The position numbers and the translations under genes are program-made. Shown here in pieces: positions 14,021 through 27,499 of a stretch of 64,000 bases of DNA (position 1 is the first letter of the stretch; each line of letters opens with the position of its first letter). Source of the DNA: Felis catus (Eukaryota); NCBI RefSeq assembly GCF_018350175.1, contig NC_058368.1, positions 165,480,001-165,544,000 on the forward strand, read 5' to 3'. The notes beneath the pieces are model-generated. The model saw nothing but the letters and a program-made list of their open reading frames with translations. It was not told where the DNA came from and did no database searches.

Positions 14021-16065
14021 AGAAATCAGTTATATTTAATTCTTTAATAATTTCTTGAGAAAACAAATATCATATCCTACATAGCATATCTAACATTCAA
14101 AAATGTGTGAAATAAATATCTCATTGAAGTTAACTATAGTCTAGAGTAATTCTATCAAGACTGAGAGGGGCATTTTTAACTGAGAAGAAATGAATAAAAA
14201 CACCTTTATTGCAAACATTGCTATAGGTTTGGCTTTCTGCCCCTATTATGCAATACTTTAAGATTAACCTTTTTGATACCTATGTTACCACTATTAAAAT
14301 GCAGATTTTAGCTAACTGCTTCTATTTTTAGTATGGTTATTAAATTATTGTAAGCACACTATAAACAAATGAGTAATTCACATCTATGATACTTAATGAA
14401 CATGGCCTCTTCCAACAGGGACTGAAATTACTATAACAGAAAACCTCAATGGAGCTGATTGTGCTAAATGAGAAATTCTCCTGGCAGATGAGCTCAAAAC
14501 CAAGGGCTAGCTTCTGTTAAGATAGACTGGAGGATTCTTCTGTATGGTTACTTTTATAAATCTTGTTGAAAATGATACCTGCTTAATCTTTCAGTGGAGT
14601 AGTTGTCACAAGGAATACCTTATGCTCATAAAGGTAACTTTTCTCTAAATAATTATCCTTGAATTAGATTCCCAAAACACTAATCCTCTTATCTCCCCAA
14701 ACTCCTGATTATAGTTTCCTGTACATTTCTTTGATTTCTTCCCATTTCTAATGAAAACGTTCTAACGTTCTCACCTCTCCTGTCCCCATGCCTTCATTAC
14801 TAACTGATTCTGCTGATCAGCTCATCTAATCCAGAAAGCAATGAGGTTGGATATTTGTAGAGAAGCATAGGAATTTTTCTTTCCTAAATGGGAGGAGACA
14901 AATGTGATACATGTCTGTACAACATAAATTGATTTCAGCATTTTATTGCTTCTAGTTTGTATTTGTAGACACCAGCAAAAAGGCAACAAAATATTCGCTT
15001 TAGGTCACTAATTCAACTTCATATTGGGACTGCATTCATGACAAAGAAGTTAATTGGATTCTGTTTAAGAACATTAGGTACAGGTCTCACTGTGAAGGCT
15101 AGGGAGTACATGCTTCACTCCAATTAGGACATGGACTTTCAGTTTGAAAATCTGTACTTTGCTCACATGAATTAGTACTATGAGTCAGGCGACCAGCCTG
15201 TGACCTTGGGTAGAGTAGTTACACGGTGAGCTTGGAGTGAGATGTCCTTGTAGATTGTCCTTTTGCAATTTAAATTACTTTTCTTGACCTAAATTTTTCC
15301 ATGTGAATGTGATTAATATGAGTACCTAATTCATATGTGATATGGACTGAATAAATAATTTACCTGATAAAGATTTCAAAATAATGATCGTAAAACGATG
15401 CTCACCAAATTTGGGAAAAGAATGGACAGACACAGTGAGAACTTCAACAAAGAGAAATATAATAAAGTACCAAAATGAAAGGCACCAAACTTAAGAATAC
15501 AATAACCAAACTAAAAAATATTCTACAGGGGTCCAATAACAGATCAGATGAAGCAGAAGGGATCACTAAACTTGAAAACATTGCAGGGAAACTCACTCAA
15601 CCAGAGAAGAAAGTATGGAAAAAAGTGAAGATCGCTTAAGGGACTCAATGATCAACATTAAGCAGAATAACATTTACATTTTAAGTATCAGAGGGAGAAG
15701 AGAGAAGGGCAAAAAACTTATCTGAAGAAATAATGGTGAAAACTTCCCTAGCCTAAGGAAAAAACAAAAGCTCTGATATCTAAATCCAGGAATCCCAATG
15801 AGTTCCACATAAGATGAACCCAAAACGATTCTCACCAATGAGTTCCACATAAGATGAACCTAAAACGATTCTCACCGAGATAGAGAAAATCTTGAAAGCA
15901 GCAGTAGAAACAAAGGGAATATACATGGGAACTCCCATAAGACTATGGATAGATTTTTCAACAGAAACTTTGAAGGCCAGAATGGAAAAGCACAATATAT
16001 TTGAATGGTTGAAAGAAAAAAGATAACTTAATTGAAGAATATTCTACTGGGCAAAGTTATTATGC

Positions 16066-16071
<6 letters not shown>

Positions 16072-16120
<49 letters not shown>
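16072..16120 (+). repeat. (CA)n microsatellite
   Basis: Direct reading. Confidence 0.95.
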
Positions 16121-16122
<2 letters not shown>

Positions 16123-16635
16123 GTCAAAGACAGATAAAGAGTTTTCCAGAGAAACAAAAGCTAAAGAAACCGCTTATCTCTAAACCAGCATTACAAGAAT
16201 TATTAACCATAAAGTTCCTAGAAGAAAATAGGTTGGTAAGCTCCTTCATATCAGTCTTGACAATGAATTTTGTTGGATCTGACAACAAAAACAAAAACAA
16301 ACAGATTAGACTACAAAAACTAAAAAGCTTTGTACAACAATGGAAACCATCAACAAATGGAAAGGCAACCTACTGAATGAGAAACTATTTGCAAATCACA
16401 TATCTGATAAAGGGTTAACGCCCAAAATGTATAAAGAACTCATTCAACTCAACAGCACAGAAACAATCTGATTTAAAAATGGGCAGAGGACCTGAATAAG
16501 CTTTTTTCCAAAGAAGACATACAGATGGCCAACAGGTACATGAAAAGATGCTTAACATCACTATCAGGGAAATGCAAATCAAAACCAAAAAAAGAGATCT
16601 TGTCACACCTGTTCAAGTGGCTATTATTAAAAGAG

Positions 16636-16815
16636 AGGGCACAAGGGTGGCTCAATCAGTTTAGCATCCAACTCTTGATTTTGGCTCAGGTCATGATCTC
16701 ATGGTTGTGAGATTGAGCCCCATATCGGGCTCCACACTGGGCATGAGCCTGCTTAAGATTCTCTCTGCCCCTCCTCCACCTGTGCTCTCTCCCTCCCCTG
16801 CTAAAAACAAAAAAA
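16636..16815 (+). mobile_element. CanSINE (older) inserted in L1
   Basis: GGGTGGCTCAATCAG...GGCTCAGGTCATGATCTC. Confidence 0.88.
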
Positions 16816-17120
16816 TGATATACCGTACTGGTTAGAATTTGGAAATAAAGAACCCTTGTGCATACTGTGTATGGAAATGTAAATTGGTGCAATCTCTATG
16901 GCAAAATGTATGGAGATTCTTCAAAAAATTAAAAATAGAACTACCATATGATCCAGTAATTCCAGTTCTGAGTATTTAGCTGAAGAAAACAAAAAACAAT
17001 AACATGAAAAGATGTATGCATTCCCATGTTCACTGCAGCACTGTGTACTATTGCCAAGACATGGAAGCAACCTAAGTGTCCACTGATGGATAAATGGATC
17101 ACTAAAATGTGCACGCGTGT

Positions 17121-17154
<34 letters not shown>

Positions 17155-18939
17155 TCATAAAATGTTTCAGCCATAAAAAAGTAATGAAATCTTGCCATTT
17201 GTGACAAATATTGATGCTGAGGGCATTATGTAAGTAAAATAAAGTTAGAGAAAGACAAATCCTATATAATCTCACTTAACTGTAGAATCTTAAAAATTTT
17301 TAAAAATTCTCATAGATACAGATGAAGATTGGTGGCTGCCAGAGGCAAGAGTTAGTGGCTCATACCATTGGTAAGAGAGGTCAGAAGATACAAACCCCCG
17401 GTTATAAAATAAATACATCATGAAACTACTTCTGATATTAATATTTTGTATGTCAACTATACACCAATGAAAATATATAACATATATACATACATACATG
17501 CATTCAAAGACCATCAGTCCTGGGGATCTAAGGTACTGTGGATGACTACCATTAATTCTGTACTGCATATTGGAAATTTGCTGAGCAAGTAGGTCTTAAA
17601 AGTTCCTATCTCCAGAAAAAATTTGTAACTATGTATGGTGACATTTGTTAGACTTTTTACAATTATCATTTTGCCAAATATATAATATTGAATCATTATG
17701 TTGTACGCCTAAAACTAATATATTTCAATTATACCCTATATAAAATATACATAGATTTTTACTACACTCAAAATGCTTCATATTCTGTGCTGTTGATGCC
17801 ACTATTATCTTACATTTATTGGTTGTATTATGGACTGGTGATTTTTGCAATTTTATTTGTAGAGTTCAAGGTAGGATCTACGCAGCAGGCTCATATTGTA
17901 TGTACTAAATCCAAAAGAAACTACAGTTAAAATTGGAGCATACAAGTAAAAGTCTTATTTCCATGTCAGTAAAGAAATTTTTAAAAAATAAGTTCCTTAA
18001 CTGTTCTGGAATTTTTGTGGATATGTATATTGTGTATAAGATTGTGTGTTGTCTTTACTTGTCTCCCTGTCAGATCTTAAAAAAAATCTAAGAGCTAACA
18101 GCCAGTGGAATTTACTATCAGGTATATTTTGGCATTTTTTTTATGAACTACATCATATGTTTCTTTGAGTTATGAATACTTTACTTACCAGTAAGTTTGG
18201 AATAGCTTAGTGTTTCCAATATTATAACATTGCTCTGAAATCAAGTTCAAAAGATAATGTAAGGTGAATATAAAGAAAAGATAGGCTCTAGTTATTATAT
18301 AAATTGTATTATATATATTATATGTATAAAAATGCATATGTATATTGATATTTTCAAAGCACCATCAATCATATTAAAGATGATGCAGACAAAAGAGGTG
18401 GAAAATCAGATCTTTGTACTCTAAGTTTTTTTTCCCAGTAGATCCAAAGAGCCCAGGAGTGAAAATGGACATAGCAGTAAACAAAACAAAAAAAAAAGTA
18501 TTCCAGTGTTGTATGGAAATAGGCAACAAAACTATAATAAAGGCATTTCCTTAAATTTGAGATGACACAGAGCAACTTTGAACTTGTACTATAGAAACTG
18601 ATTTGAGCTATCTCAGAAAAAAAAGATTCTGATTAAAAAATAATGTAATCTAAATGTGCTCTAATAAATGCCAGATTGTTTTTTATAACATTAAATCTTA
18701 GATGATTTCACTTAGCCAAAATATTAACCCACGTGACATCAATGATTCAAACATTTCAATTATGTTAAAAAATATTCAGACACACAGGGACTCACACTTA
18801 GAACAAGATGGTTATCAAGCTCTCAGACCCACAGTAAAGCATTTACATTACTGTATTGTCAGCACTATGTATAGAGCCTCTTTGTGTGAAACAAGATCTA
18901 GAGTGACAATTTTTATCCATTAAAATGCAACTCTTTTTT

Positions 18940-19158
18940 AGAAACAAACCATATGAAACTCCTAAAGTGGAGAACAAACTGAGGGTTGATGGAGGGAGGT
19001 ATATGCGGGGTGGACTAGATGGGGACAGTTATTAAGAAGGGCACTAGTGATGAGAACTGAGTACTGTATGTAAGTTATCAGTGAATTCTACTCCTGAAAT
19101 CAATATTGCACTTTATGTTAACTGACTAGAATTTAAATAAAAGTTTGAAAGGAAAAAC
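18940..19158 (+). mobile_element. Short 5'-truncated carnivore L1 3' end
   Basis: GAGAACAAACTGAGGGTTGATGG matches the 3'UTR of the young L1; TSD AAATGCAA(C/T)TCTTTT 18923-18937 and 19159-19173. Confidence 0.88.
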
Positions 19159-19944
19159 AAATGCAATTCTTTTTCCTTGAGTAAGTTTGTCTGTAAGTTA
19201 GTATGAAGAATCTAAGAAGTTAGTATTTAGTAGTATGAAGAATCAGAGAATAATTTATTGCCTTCATTATCCCAAAAGTAGGTTTAAAATCACTTTCTGT
19301 ACTGAAAATTTTGAACAAGTGGGGTTGGATAGATACATAGCATGCAGTAATGACTCAATTCTCTTTTTATTCATGGTAAATGTCTCTAGTATTTTTTCAA
19401 ATATATACTGTAGTTTCTGTAAGGACATGATTTCCCTCCAAAAATTATCTTTCATAATAACAGTTTTTTGGAGTGCTTAAAAATGACCTACTGTATTAAT
19501 TGCACCTCCCCAATATATCAACCAGATAGGAGGAATACATTATTAGTAGATTACAACTAAAATAACTGTAAGGCTCATAACCTATTTACACAAACAATCT
19601 TTAGAGAAATCCAAAGACAGTAAAGGAGAAAAACAAGGACATGATAGGAAATTTTAGCCTCTGACACCTATAGCTATGAATAGGAGTGATAGAAAGGCGT
19701 GCGGTCAGGGAGGAAAACATTCTATAATCCCTGTGATTAAGCCTTCATCTTTTAGTGAATCTATGACCCTGAGCTATAAAACCTGTGTATAGTAAAATTG
19801 ACAAGGATTTTAAATCCTTTTATTCCTCTTCTACCTATTCCATTCCATATTCCATTTTTTTTTTTTTTGAGCAAGAAGAGACAATGATTTTAGTGAAGTT
19901 AAAAAAAATCTTTTGTGAATTAGGGCACTAATTCATATAGTTAA

Positions 19945-20125
19945 TGGTGTAGTATGACATGATGATTAAGAATCTGAGATCTGTTCAGTTTTCCTGCTTT
20001 TAACTCTTGACTTTACTACTTATTAGCAGCATAACCCTCATCAAGAGTCCTCATCTATTAAATGGAGATAATGGTTGTAATACTATCAATAATACCAACT
20101 TCACAAGTTTGATAAGGATTAAATC
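19945..20125 (+). mobile_element. MIR
   Basis: CCTCATCTATTAAATGGAGATAAT core and AGGATTAAAT end. Confidence 0.75.
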
Positions 20126-20149
20126 ACTACAACAATTAGTGCAATATTA

Positions 20150-20510
20150 GTGGTTAGTAGGGATTCAGAGGCAGACAGGGAGAAGTAAATACAGGCAACA
20201 CAGGGGATATTTAGGATAGTGAAACTATTTTACGTGGTACTATGAGAGATAAGTAACATTTTCTACTTTCCAAACACCTCAATAGTGTACAACACAAACA
20301 GCAAACCCTAAAGTAAACTATGAACAGTAGTTAATAATAATGGATCAAACTGGTTCACTAATTGTAACAAATGCTTTACGTTACTTCAATCCATTAATAG
20401 AGCAAGCTGTGTGTGTGTTGGGTGGGGGAGTAATATGGCAACTGTCTGTTCTTCTTGCCCAGTTGCTCTGTAAACTTAAAACTGCTCCAAAAATATAACC
20501 TATTTTTTAC
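20150..20510 (+). mobile_element. L1MC-like 3' end fragment
   Basis: AAACCCTAAAGTAAACTATG...CTGTAAACTTAAAACTGCTC motifs. Confidence 0.7.
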
Positions 20511-22354
20511 AGAAAGTTATTCCCATGAGGAGCAGTATTTATAATGGAAAATAGAGGTTGGATAAGGATACTGTATTATACCTTGATAACTGATGATTAT
20601 CTCAACTATGGATGAGAAATCTTACCCAAATCAGAAGTTTCATAGTTTTGTCTCATTTTTGTTGTTATTGTGGTAGTTCATTCTGAACTTTCACTTGGTG
20701 AAATTATAGGAATGTCTGAATAAAAAAAATTTAGGAAGCATTATGGAAATCTGACACTTAGGTGGACTGTGGTACTAGTTCGCTCATTAAAAGTAATTTT
20801 AAAGAATCTTTTAGCCAAGATACTTTCCAGGGTGAATTCTAGCAAACATTGAGGGATGATTACTACCAATTTTACTCTTTCTCTCCAGAAAATGAAGGAG
20901 AAAATACTTTTCCATTTATTTTATGAATCCAGTGTTCCTATTACCCTGGTGCCTAAACCAGGCAAAACCAGTATAAAGATAGAAAACTACAGATCAGTAT
21001 CTCTCATGAATATAGACACAAAAATCCTTAGAAAAATAATAGCAAAGAGACTCTAGGAATATATATAAAGAATTATACCTTGACCAACTCGGGTACCTTC
21101 CAGGGATTAGAAGCTGGTTTAATAATTAAATATCAATATATTTCATATGAGAAATCAAAAAATAGAAATCACATGATTCTATCAATTGATAAACATTATT
21201 TGATAAATTTAACACCAATATATGGTAAAAATTGTCACAATATTAAAAGTAGAAAAAAATTCTCAATTTGATAAATATCACCTATGAAATATATACTACT
21301 ATTATCATAATTAATGGTGAAAGCTTGAATGCTTTGAGATTGGATCCATGGCAAAGGTATCTGCTCTCACCATTGCTACAGTATGCACTTACCAACTGCA
21401 TTTCTATATACTAAAAATGAGCACAAAGACATCAAAATCTAAAATAAAATTTACAATTATTAAAAAAACGAAATAGGTGCAAATCTAACAGAACACGTAT
21501 AGCACTAGTAAGCTGAAACCTATAAAACTGGCTCAAGAAATCAAAGTACTAAATAAATTTATCAGAATATTTAACATAGTAAAGATGACATTTTTTCAAC
21601 ATTGACATTGGGATTTAAGGCAATTCTTATCAAAATCTCAGAAAGATTTTCTTTATAACTGGACAAGATTATTCTAAAACATATATGGCTTCATTGTCCA
21701 TTGAGTTTTAATGTTTTCCTTGGGCCTCTCCCTTATGCCTTCTTAATCTGGTTTCACCCCTGTAAAATTTATATGGAAAGACAGAAGCTCTAGAATAGCT
21801 AAGAGTTGTGAAGAATAAAATAAGAAGGATTACTCTACTTTATTTCAAGATATAAGATATGGGTGCATTAATCAAGACTGTGTGGTATTGGTGAAGAAAT
21901 AGACACAAAGAACAAGAGAAAAGAACAGAGGACCCACAATTAAACCCACACAGGTGTGACTTTTTTTTTTAACAAAAGCATAAATAAGAATCAATGGAAG
22001 GACAGTATTTTTAATAAATGGTGAAGCAATTGGATATCCATAGGCAAAAAAATAAACCCCAATGTAAACCTTAGAGTCTATAAAAAATTATATGAAAGTG
22101 GAAACATTTATATATGAACTATAAGACTTTCACAAGATAATACAGGTAAAAAATCTTCTGGAACTAAGCCAGGGTGAGTAATTCTTAGATACAACACCAA
22201 AAGCACAATACATAAATGAACAAATTACTAAAGTAGACTTCATCACAATGAAAAAACATTTTGCTCTCTGAAATATATCATAAAGAGACAAACTACACAC
22301 GGGGAGAAAATATCTGCAACCTAAATGTCTGACAAAGGACTCATGTGTAAATTA

Positions 22355-22710
22355 TACATATGTGGTATATATTACATTATATACATACGTGTGTGTATAC
22401 ATACGTGTGTGTGTATATATATATACACATATATGCATATGTGTATATATATATGTAGGTATATATATGTATATATATATATACACCTACATATGTACAC
22501 ATATATATATATATATATACCCATATATATACCCATATATATATATATATATACCTACACATATATATACCCATATATATATATATACACCTACCCATAT
22601 ATATACCCATATATACCTACATATGTACATATGTACATATATACATGTAGGTATATATATAAAAATGAACATTAAAAAATAAAAAATGGGCAAAAGACAA
22701 AATGACATTT

Positions 22711-22755
<45 letters not shown>

Positions 22756-22970
22756 CCCATATATATATACCTACATATGTACATATGTACATATGTATAC
22801 CTACCCATATATATATATATATCTACTCATATATATACCCATATATATATACCTCATGTGTACATATGTACATATATATACCTACCCATATATATACATA
22901 TATATATATACCTACCCATATATATACTCACATATGTACATCTTTACATATGTATGTAGGTATATATATA
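22355..22970. repeat. Complex (TA)n-rich minisatellite with TACCCA / TACCTAC / GTAGGTA / TATGTACA variants
   Basis: Direct reading. Confidence 0.95.
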
Positions 22971-23178
22971 AAAATGAACATTAAAAAATAAAAAATGGGC
23001 AAAAGACAAAATGAAATTTCCCTGAGGATGATAGATTAGAAGATAAACACATGAATATAGGCTCAGCATTACTAGTCTTAGAGAAATATAAATTAAGACT
23101 ATAGTGAGATATCATTGCATACCCATTAGAAGAGCTGAAATAAAAAATACAATACATAACATTGTCAAAAATGTAAGG

Positions 23179-23367
23179 GGGGCGCCTGGGTGGCGCAGTC
23201 GGTTAAGCGTTGTGAGTTCGAGCCACACATCGGGCTCTGGGCTGATGGCTCAGAGCCTGGAGCCTGTTTCCGATTCTGTGTCTCCCTCTCTCTCTGCCCC
23301 TCCCCCGTTCATGCTCTGTCTCTCTCTGTCCCAAAAATAAATAAAACGTTGAAAAAAAAATTAAAAA
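23179..23367 (+). mobile_element. Young felid CanSINE with internal deletion
   Basis: TSD AAAAATGTAAGG 23167-23178 and 23368-23379. Confidence 0.95.
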
Positions 23368-23467
23368 AAAAATGTAAGGAAATAATCACTCATTTATTTG
23401 GTAATAATGAAAAATGGTACAGCCACATTAGAAAATAGTTCAGCAATTTCTTTAAAAACTGAAAGAA

Positions 23468-23676
23468 GGGGCGCCTGGGTGGCTCAGTCGGTTAAGCGTC
23501 CGACTTTGGCTCAGGTCATGATCTCGCGGTCCGTGAGTTCGAGACCAGCGTCGGGCTCTGTGCTGACAGCTCAGAGCCTGGAGCCTGTTTCAGATTCTGT
23601 GTCTCCTTCTCTCTGACCCTCCCCCGTTCAAGCTCTGTCTCTGTCTCAAAAATAAATAAACGTTAACAAAAAGTTT
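23468..23676 (+). mobile_element. Felid CanSINE
   Basis: TSD AAAAACTGAAAGAA 23454-23467 and 23677-23690. Confidence 0.96.
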
Positions 23677-24640
23677 AAAAACTGAAAGAACACCATAAAT
23701 GCCAGATATTGCATTCCTGAATTAGAAGTGAAGGTTTAGGTCCACAGAAAAAATTTACATAATTGTTAATGGCAGTTTGATTTGTCATAGATCTAAACTG
23801 GAAGCAACTAAAATATTCCTAAATAGGCTGTTAACAAACAGTTGTGTATCCATACCATGGAACACTAATCAACAAAAAAAAAGGATATGGACAGTTTTAA
23901 CAGATTGAATGTAACAATGGAAGTAAAGGGCATTTTCCTGAGTAAACAACAAAAAAGCTCGCCTCAAAAGTTTATATACTATCTGCTTCCATTTATAGAA
24001 TATTCTGAGAACAATATACAGATGAAAGACAAATTAGTGGTTGCCATGAGTCAGGTATGTGATAAGGGGGTTGGTGGGACGCTACTGGTAGATCTCTGAC
24101 CAAGGAAGAGCTGTGTATTTTTATTGCAATGGTGGTTACAGGAAGCTACACATTGTGATGAAAGACACATAAAACCACACACATTCTATCCATTTCATTT
24201 TTCTGGTTCCAGTATTGTATATGTAGGATATACCCACTGCAGAAACTGGGTCAAGAGTACAGGGAATCTCTGTACTATCTTTGTAACTTCCTGTGAATCT
24301 ATGTTTATTACAAAATATGATATTTTTAAATATAGTAAAGAACACTTAACCATGATACATTGTAATACTCACATGTATTTGCAAAATATTACATTTAATA
24401 ATGACTGAGCTATCAGTTTCATGCTCTGTCATGTCATAATTGGAAGTCAACACAAAAAGTGTAAAATTAATGAACAGAAGATAGCAAGTAGAGGTTCATG
24501 TTATTTGACAATATGTAGAAGTGTAAATCCAATAGAAAAAAAACTAAAATACCAAAAATGGTGTTTCTGAGAATGAGTTAAGAAAAAATGTGGAAAAGAG
24601 TAAAGAACATCAGATTCTTTTAAAAATTAAATTGTTCTAT

Positions 24641-24758
24641 TATATGTAAGTGATGAATCACTAATTTCTACCTCTGAAACCAATACTACACTATATGCTA
24701 ATGAACTTGAATTTAAATAAAAGTTTGGAAGATAAAAAATTTAAAAAAACAAAATAAA
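24641..24758 (+). mobile_element. Very short carnivore L1 3' terminus
   Basis: Similar to 19066-19150 (CTGAAACCAATA...GAATTTAAATAAAAGTTTG). Confidence 0.8.
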
Positions 24759-24798
24759 ATGTTCTGTATTATTTAACATTTAAACAATGAATGTGCAG

Positions 24799-25006
24799 GG
24801 GGCGCCTGGGTGGCGCAGTCGGTTAAGCGTCCGACTTCAGCCAGGTCATGATCTCGCGGTCTGGGAGTTCGAGCCCCGCGTCGGGCTCTGGGCTGATGGC
24901 TCAGAGCCTGGAGCCTGTTTCCGATTCTGTGTCTCCCTCTCTCTCTGCCCCTCCCCCGTTCATGCTCTGTCTCTCTCTGTCCCAAAAATAAATAAACGTT
25001 GAAAAA
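24799..25006 (+). mobile_element. Young felid CanSINE
   Basis: TSD TAAACAATGA(A/G)TGTG 24781-24795 and 25007-25021. Confidence 0.96.
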
Positions 25007-25721
25007 TAAACAATGAGTGTGTTAATTTTCTTAAAAAGAAAAATAAGAGAAAATAAGGACATGTTTAGTATAAGTACTTGCAGCAAAGCGTCAAGTTTCC
25101 GGATTTAGTAAGAGAAATACCTAAATAAAAGTCTTACAGAGGCTGTAATTGAAAACTACTTTCAGTTGGTGGCTTTTCTTTACCTGTTAGTGTTCTTTTT
25201 GCATATCTTTACATCTATTACGCTATCCTTACATCTTTAATACATCTTGAATTTGCAATCAAACCAATTGTCAATGGTATTTTGACCTTTAAAGTTAAAC
25301 TCATAATCACTGACTGATAATGCTCAGTAGCTCTGGGTTCTGAGGAAACATTCTTTGGATCTCTATTGGGTTTTCTTTTGTTGTTACTGTTTTATTCTTT
25401 TTGTTCGTTTTCCCCTACAATGAGGATGATGATCACCTGTAAGTAAAAAGAGTTGTCTCTTGCGATTCACAGAAATAATGAAGAGGATTATGATCTGATA
25501 CTAGAACATCCATTGTCTCCATACCCTCTATTATTGATAAACTATCACACTTAAACATTATTTTTCACCTAGCTACATCATTCTAGCCTGATAAATCTTA
25601 GATGTTTTAAAAATATTTACTTAAAATATAGTTTTTCATACGTATGTGTTTGTATACATGTACAACCTAGCATATTCTATGCACCAAGGACATGATGAAA
25701 TGGTAATGAAAGTTACATTTC

Positions 25722-25945
25722 TTTTTTTTTTTATTTTTTTTCAACGTTTTTTATTTATTTTTGGGACAGAGAGAGACAGAGCATGAATGGGGGAGGGGCA
25801 GAGAGAGGGAGACACAGAATCGGAAACAGGCTCCAGGCTCCCAGCCATCAGCCCAGAGCCTGACGCAGGGCTCGAACTCACGGACCGCGAGATCGTGACC
25901 TGGTTGAAGTTGGACGCTTAACCGACTGCGCCACCCAGGCGCCCC
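25722..25945 (-). mobile_element. Young felid CanSINE
   Basis: TSD core AGTTACATTTC 25711-25721 and 25951-25961. Confidence 0.96.
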
Positions 25946-27197
25946 GAAATAGTTACATTTCATTGGGAAATGCCCAATCGGGATAATTAGAATCACCAAA
26001 GTAACCACGTGAAAAGTAGATGAGTTACATGGATCTTTAACTTGATATTATCTCTATGAAAACAAAATTGTTATTACTAAATTATTCAAAGAAATATTTT
26101 CTCAGATTAATTTTAAAGTGCTTTGAATAAGATTGAATATGTGTGTCAACACATTTTGATATTCTACAAAGATGTTTTAATTATACAATGGGTACAGCAA
26201 AGACCTGAAATTAACCCAGCATTCACTCTGGGGATAGATTTTTATTTACGGAGTGACTACTTATTTATTCTCCTCTTAATATCTCTAAGTCCCTCATTAA
26301 TTTTCTGTAAGCTTCCAATTTGAAGTGGAGTCACAATACCCTAAGTTCATCTCTAAGAAGGCCACCAAGATTTTTAATATAGTATACTACACCCTAAGGC
26401 TCCACTCTAGGACTATCAAGCACATTATGGCAATATTGCTAAAGCACATAATGAAGAGTGTTAAACACTAATCAAATATTTAAATAAATGCATTTTACTG
26501 GATGCTAGTATTGCTAAGGAATTTGCTTAGTTTGTCAATTCATTGATTAAGTCAACTAGTTATTTTAATTGAGCTATTTGATGAATTTTTTAATCACAAA
26601 GTGTTTGTTAAATAACATTTATTTGCGAGCCATAAAAATAATTTTCTACTACTTTAAATGCAATGTGTTTCGATAAAACATGTTTCTTTAAACATAGAAA
26701 GTTTAAAACTTCAGACGTGCAAACATTTGTATTGACAATTTGTATTTTTGAAAAAAAACATACAACACTCAAAAGACAATATACTCTAAAAATCTTCATG
26801 TACAGTCATTATATATAGTGGTTATTAGAAAAAGTGAAATAGTATTTTTCAATTGCAATAGCCCCAACACTAGCTGCTGACTAAAAAGAAACCCTATGTA
26901 CACTTTAACTGGCCTCTGTAAAGTTGTACTGATATATATTGATTTTTTATGACAAAGGAAAAGAAGGATAATGAATAAAGAAAGAGAAGTAGGTACACAC
27001 TGTGAATACTGACTTTTAGGTGTTCAGTTTGAATTAAGGACTTAAACAACTCATTTGTTAACTAGTTACTTAACAATTTACTCCTTTTTTTAAAAAGAAA
27101 AAATCCATTCTATCTTAAGGCTATCAATTAATCCATTCCATCTATCTTAAGGCTATCAATTGTTCCAGGCACTGGGAGAGGTCTTTCAAATAAAGAC

Positions 27198-27406
27198 TTA
27201 AACGTTTTTTTTCATGTTTATTTATATCTGAGAGAGAGAGAGAGGGAGAGAGGAAGAGAAGGAGAGAGGGAGGGAGAGCATGAGCACAAGCAGGGGAGGG
27301 GCAGAGAGAAAGGGAGACAAAGAATCTAAAGCATCCTCCATACTCTGAGCTGTCAGCATAGAGCCCAATGCAGGCTAAAGCCTACTAACTGTGAGATCTT
27401 GAACTG
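27198..27406 (-). mobile_element. CanSINE lacking its 5' head
   Basis: T tail, GA-rich region, CTCTGAGCTGTCAGC; ends at GAGATCTTGAACTGAG. Confidence 0.85.
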
Positions 27407-27499
27407 AGAGATATGTGAACGGGTTTGCATTTTCTTTGCTTATCATGCACATTATTTTTATAGTTATTATGTTTTTCAATTACTATGTAAAGGATAAAC

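Larger units (their letters stand above)
15365..17745 (+). mobile_element. Old L1 (L1MA9/Carn-like) with most of ORF2 deleted
   Basis: ORF1-like sequence 15365-16204 joined directly to distal ORF2 (ACCATAAAGTTCCTAGAAGAAAA) and 3'UTR. Confidence 0.85.
20810..24330 (+). mobile_element. Old L1M (ORF2 remnant to 3'UTR), interrupted by a TA minisatellite and two SINEs
   Basis: ORF 20856-21056 translates to ORF2-like ITLVPKPGK...[17 protein letters not shown]1M 3'UTR at end. Confidence 0.88.

Noticed and set aside
22325..22991. Y/I/T/H-rich ORFs
   Set aside because: Translations of the TA minisatellite
23104..26008. Recurrent GAPGWRSRLSV / MAQSVKR peptides
   Set aside because: SINE translations, not a gene family
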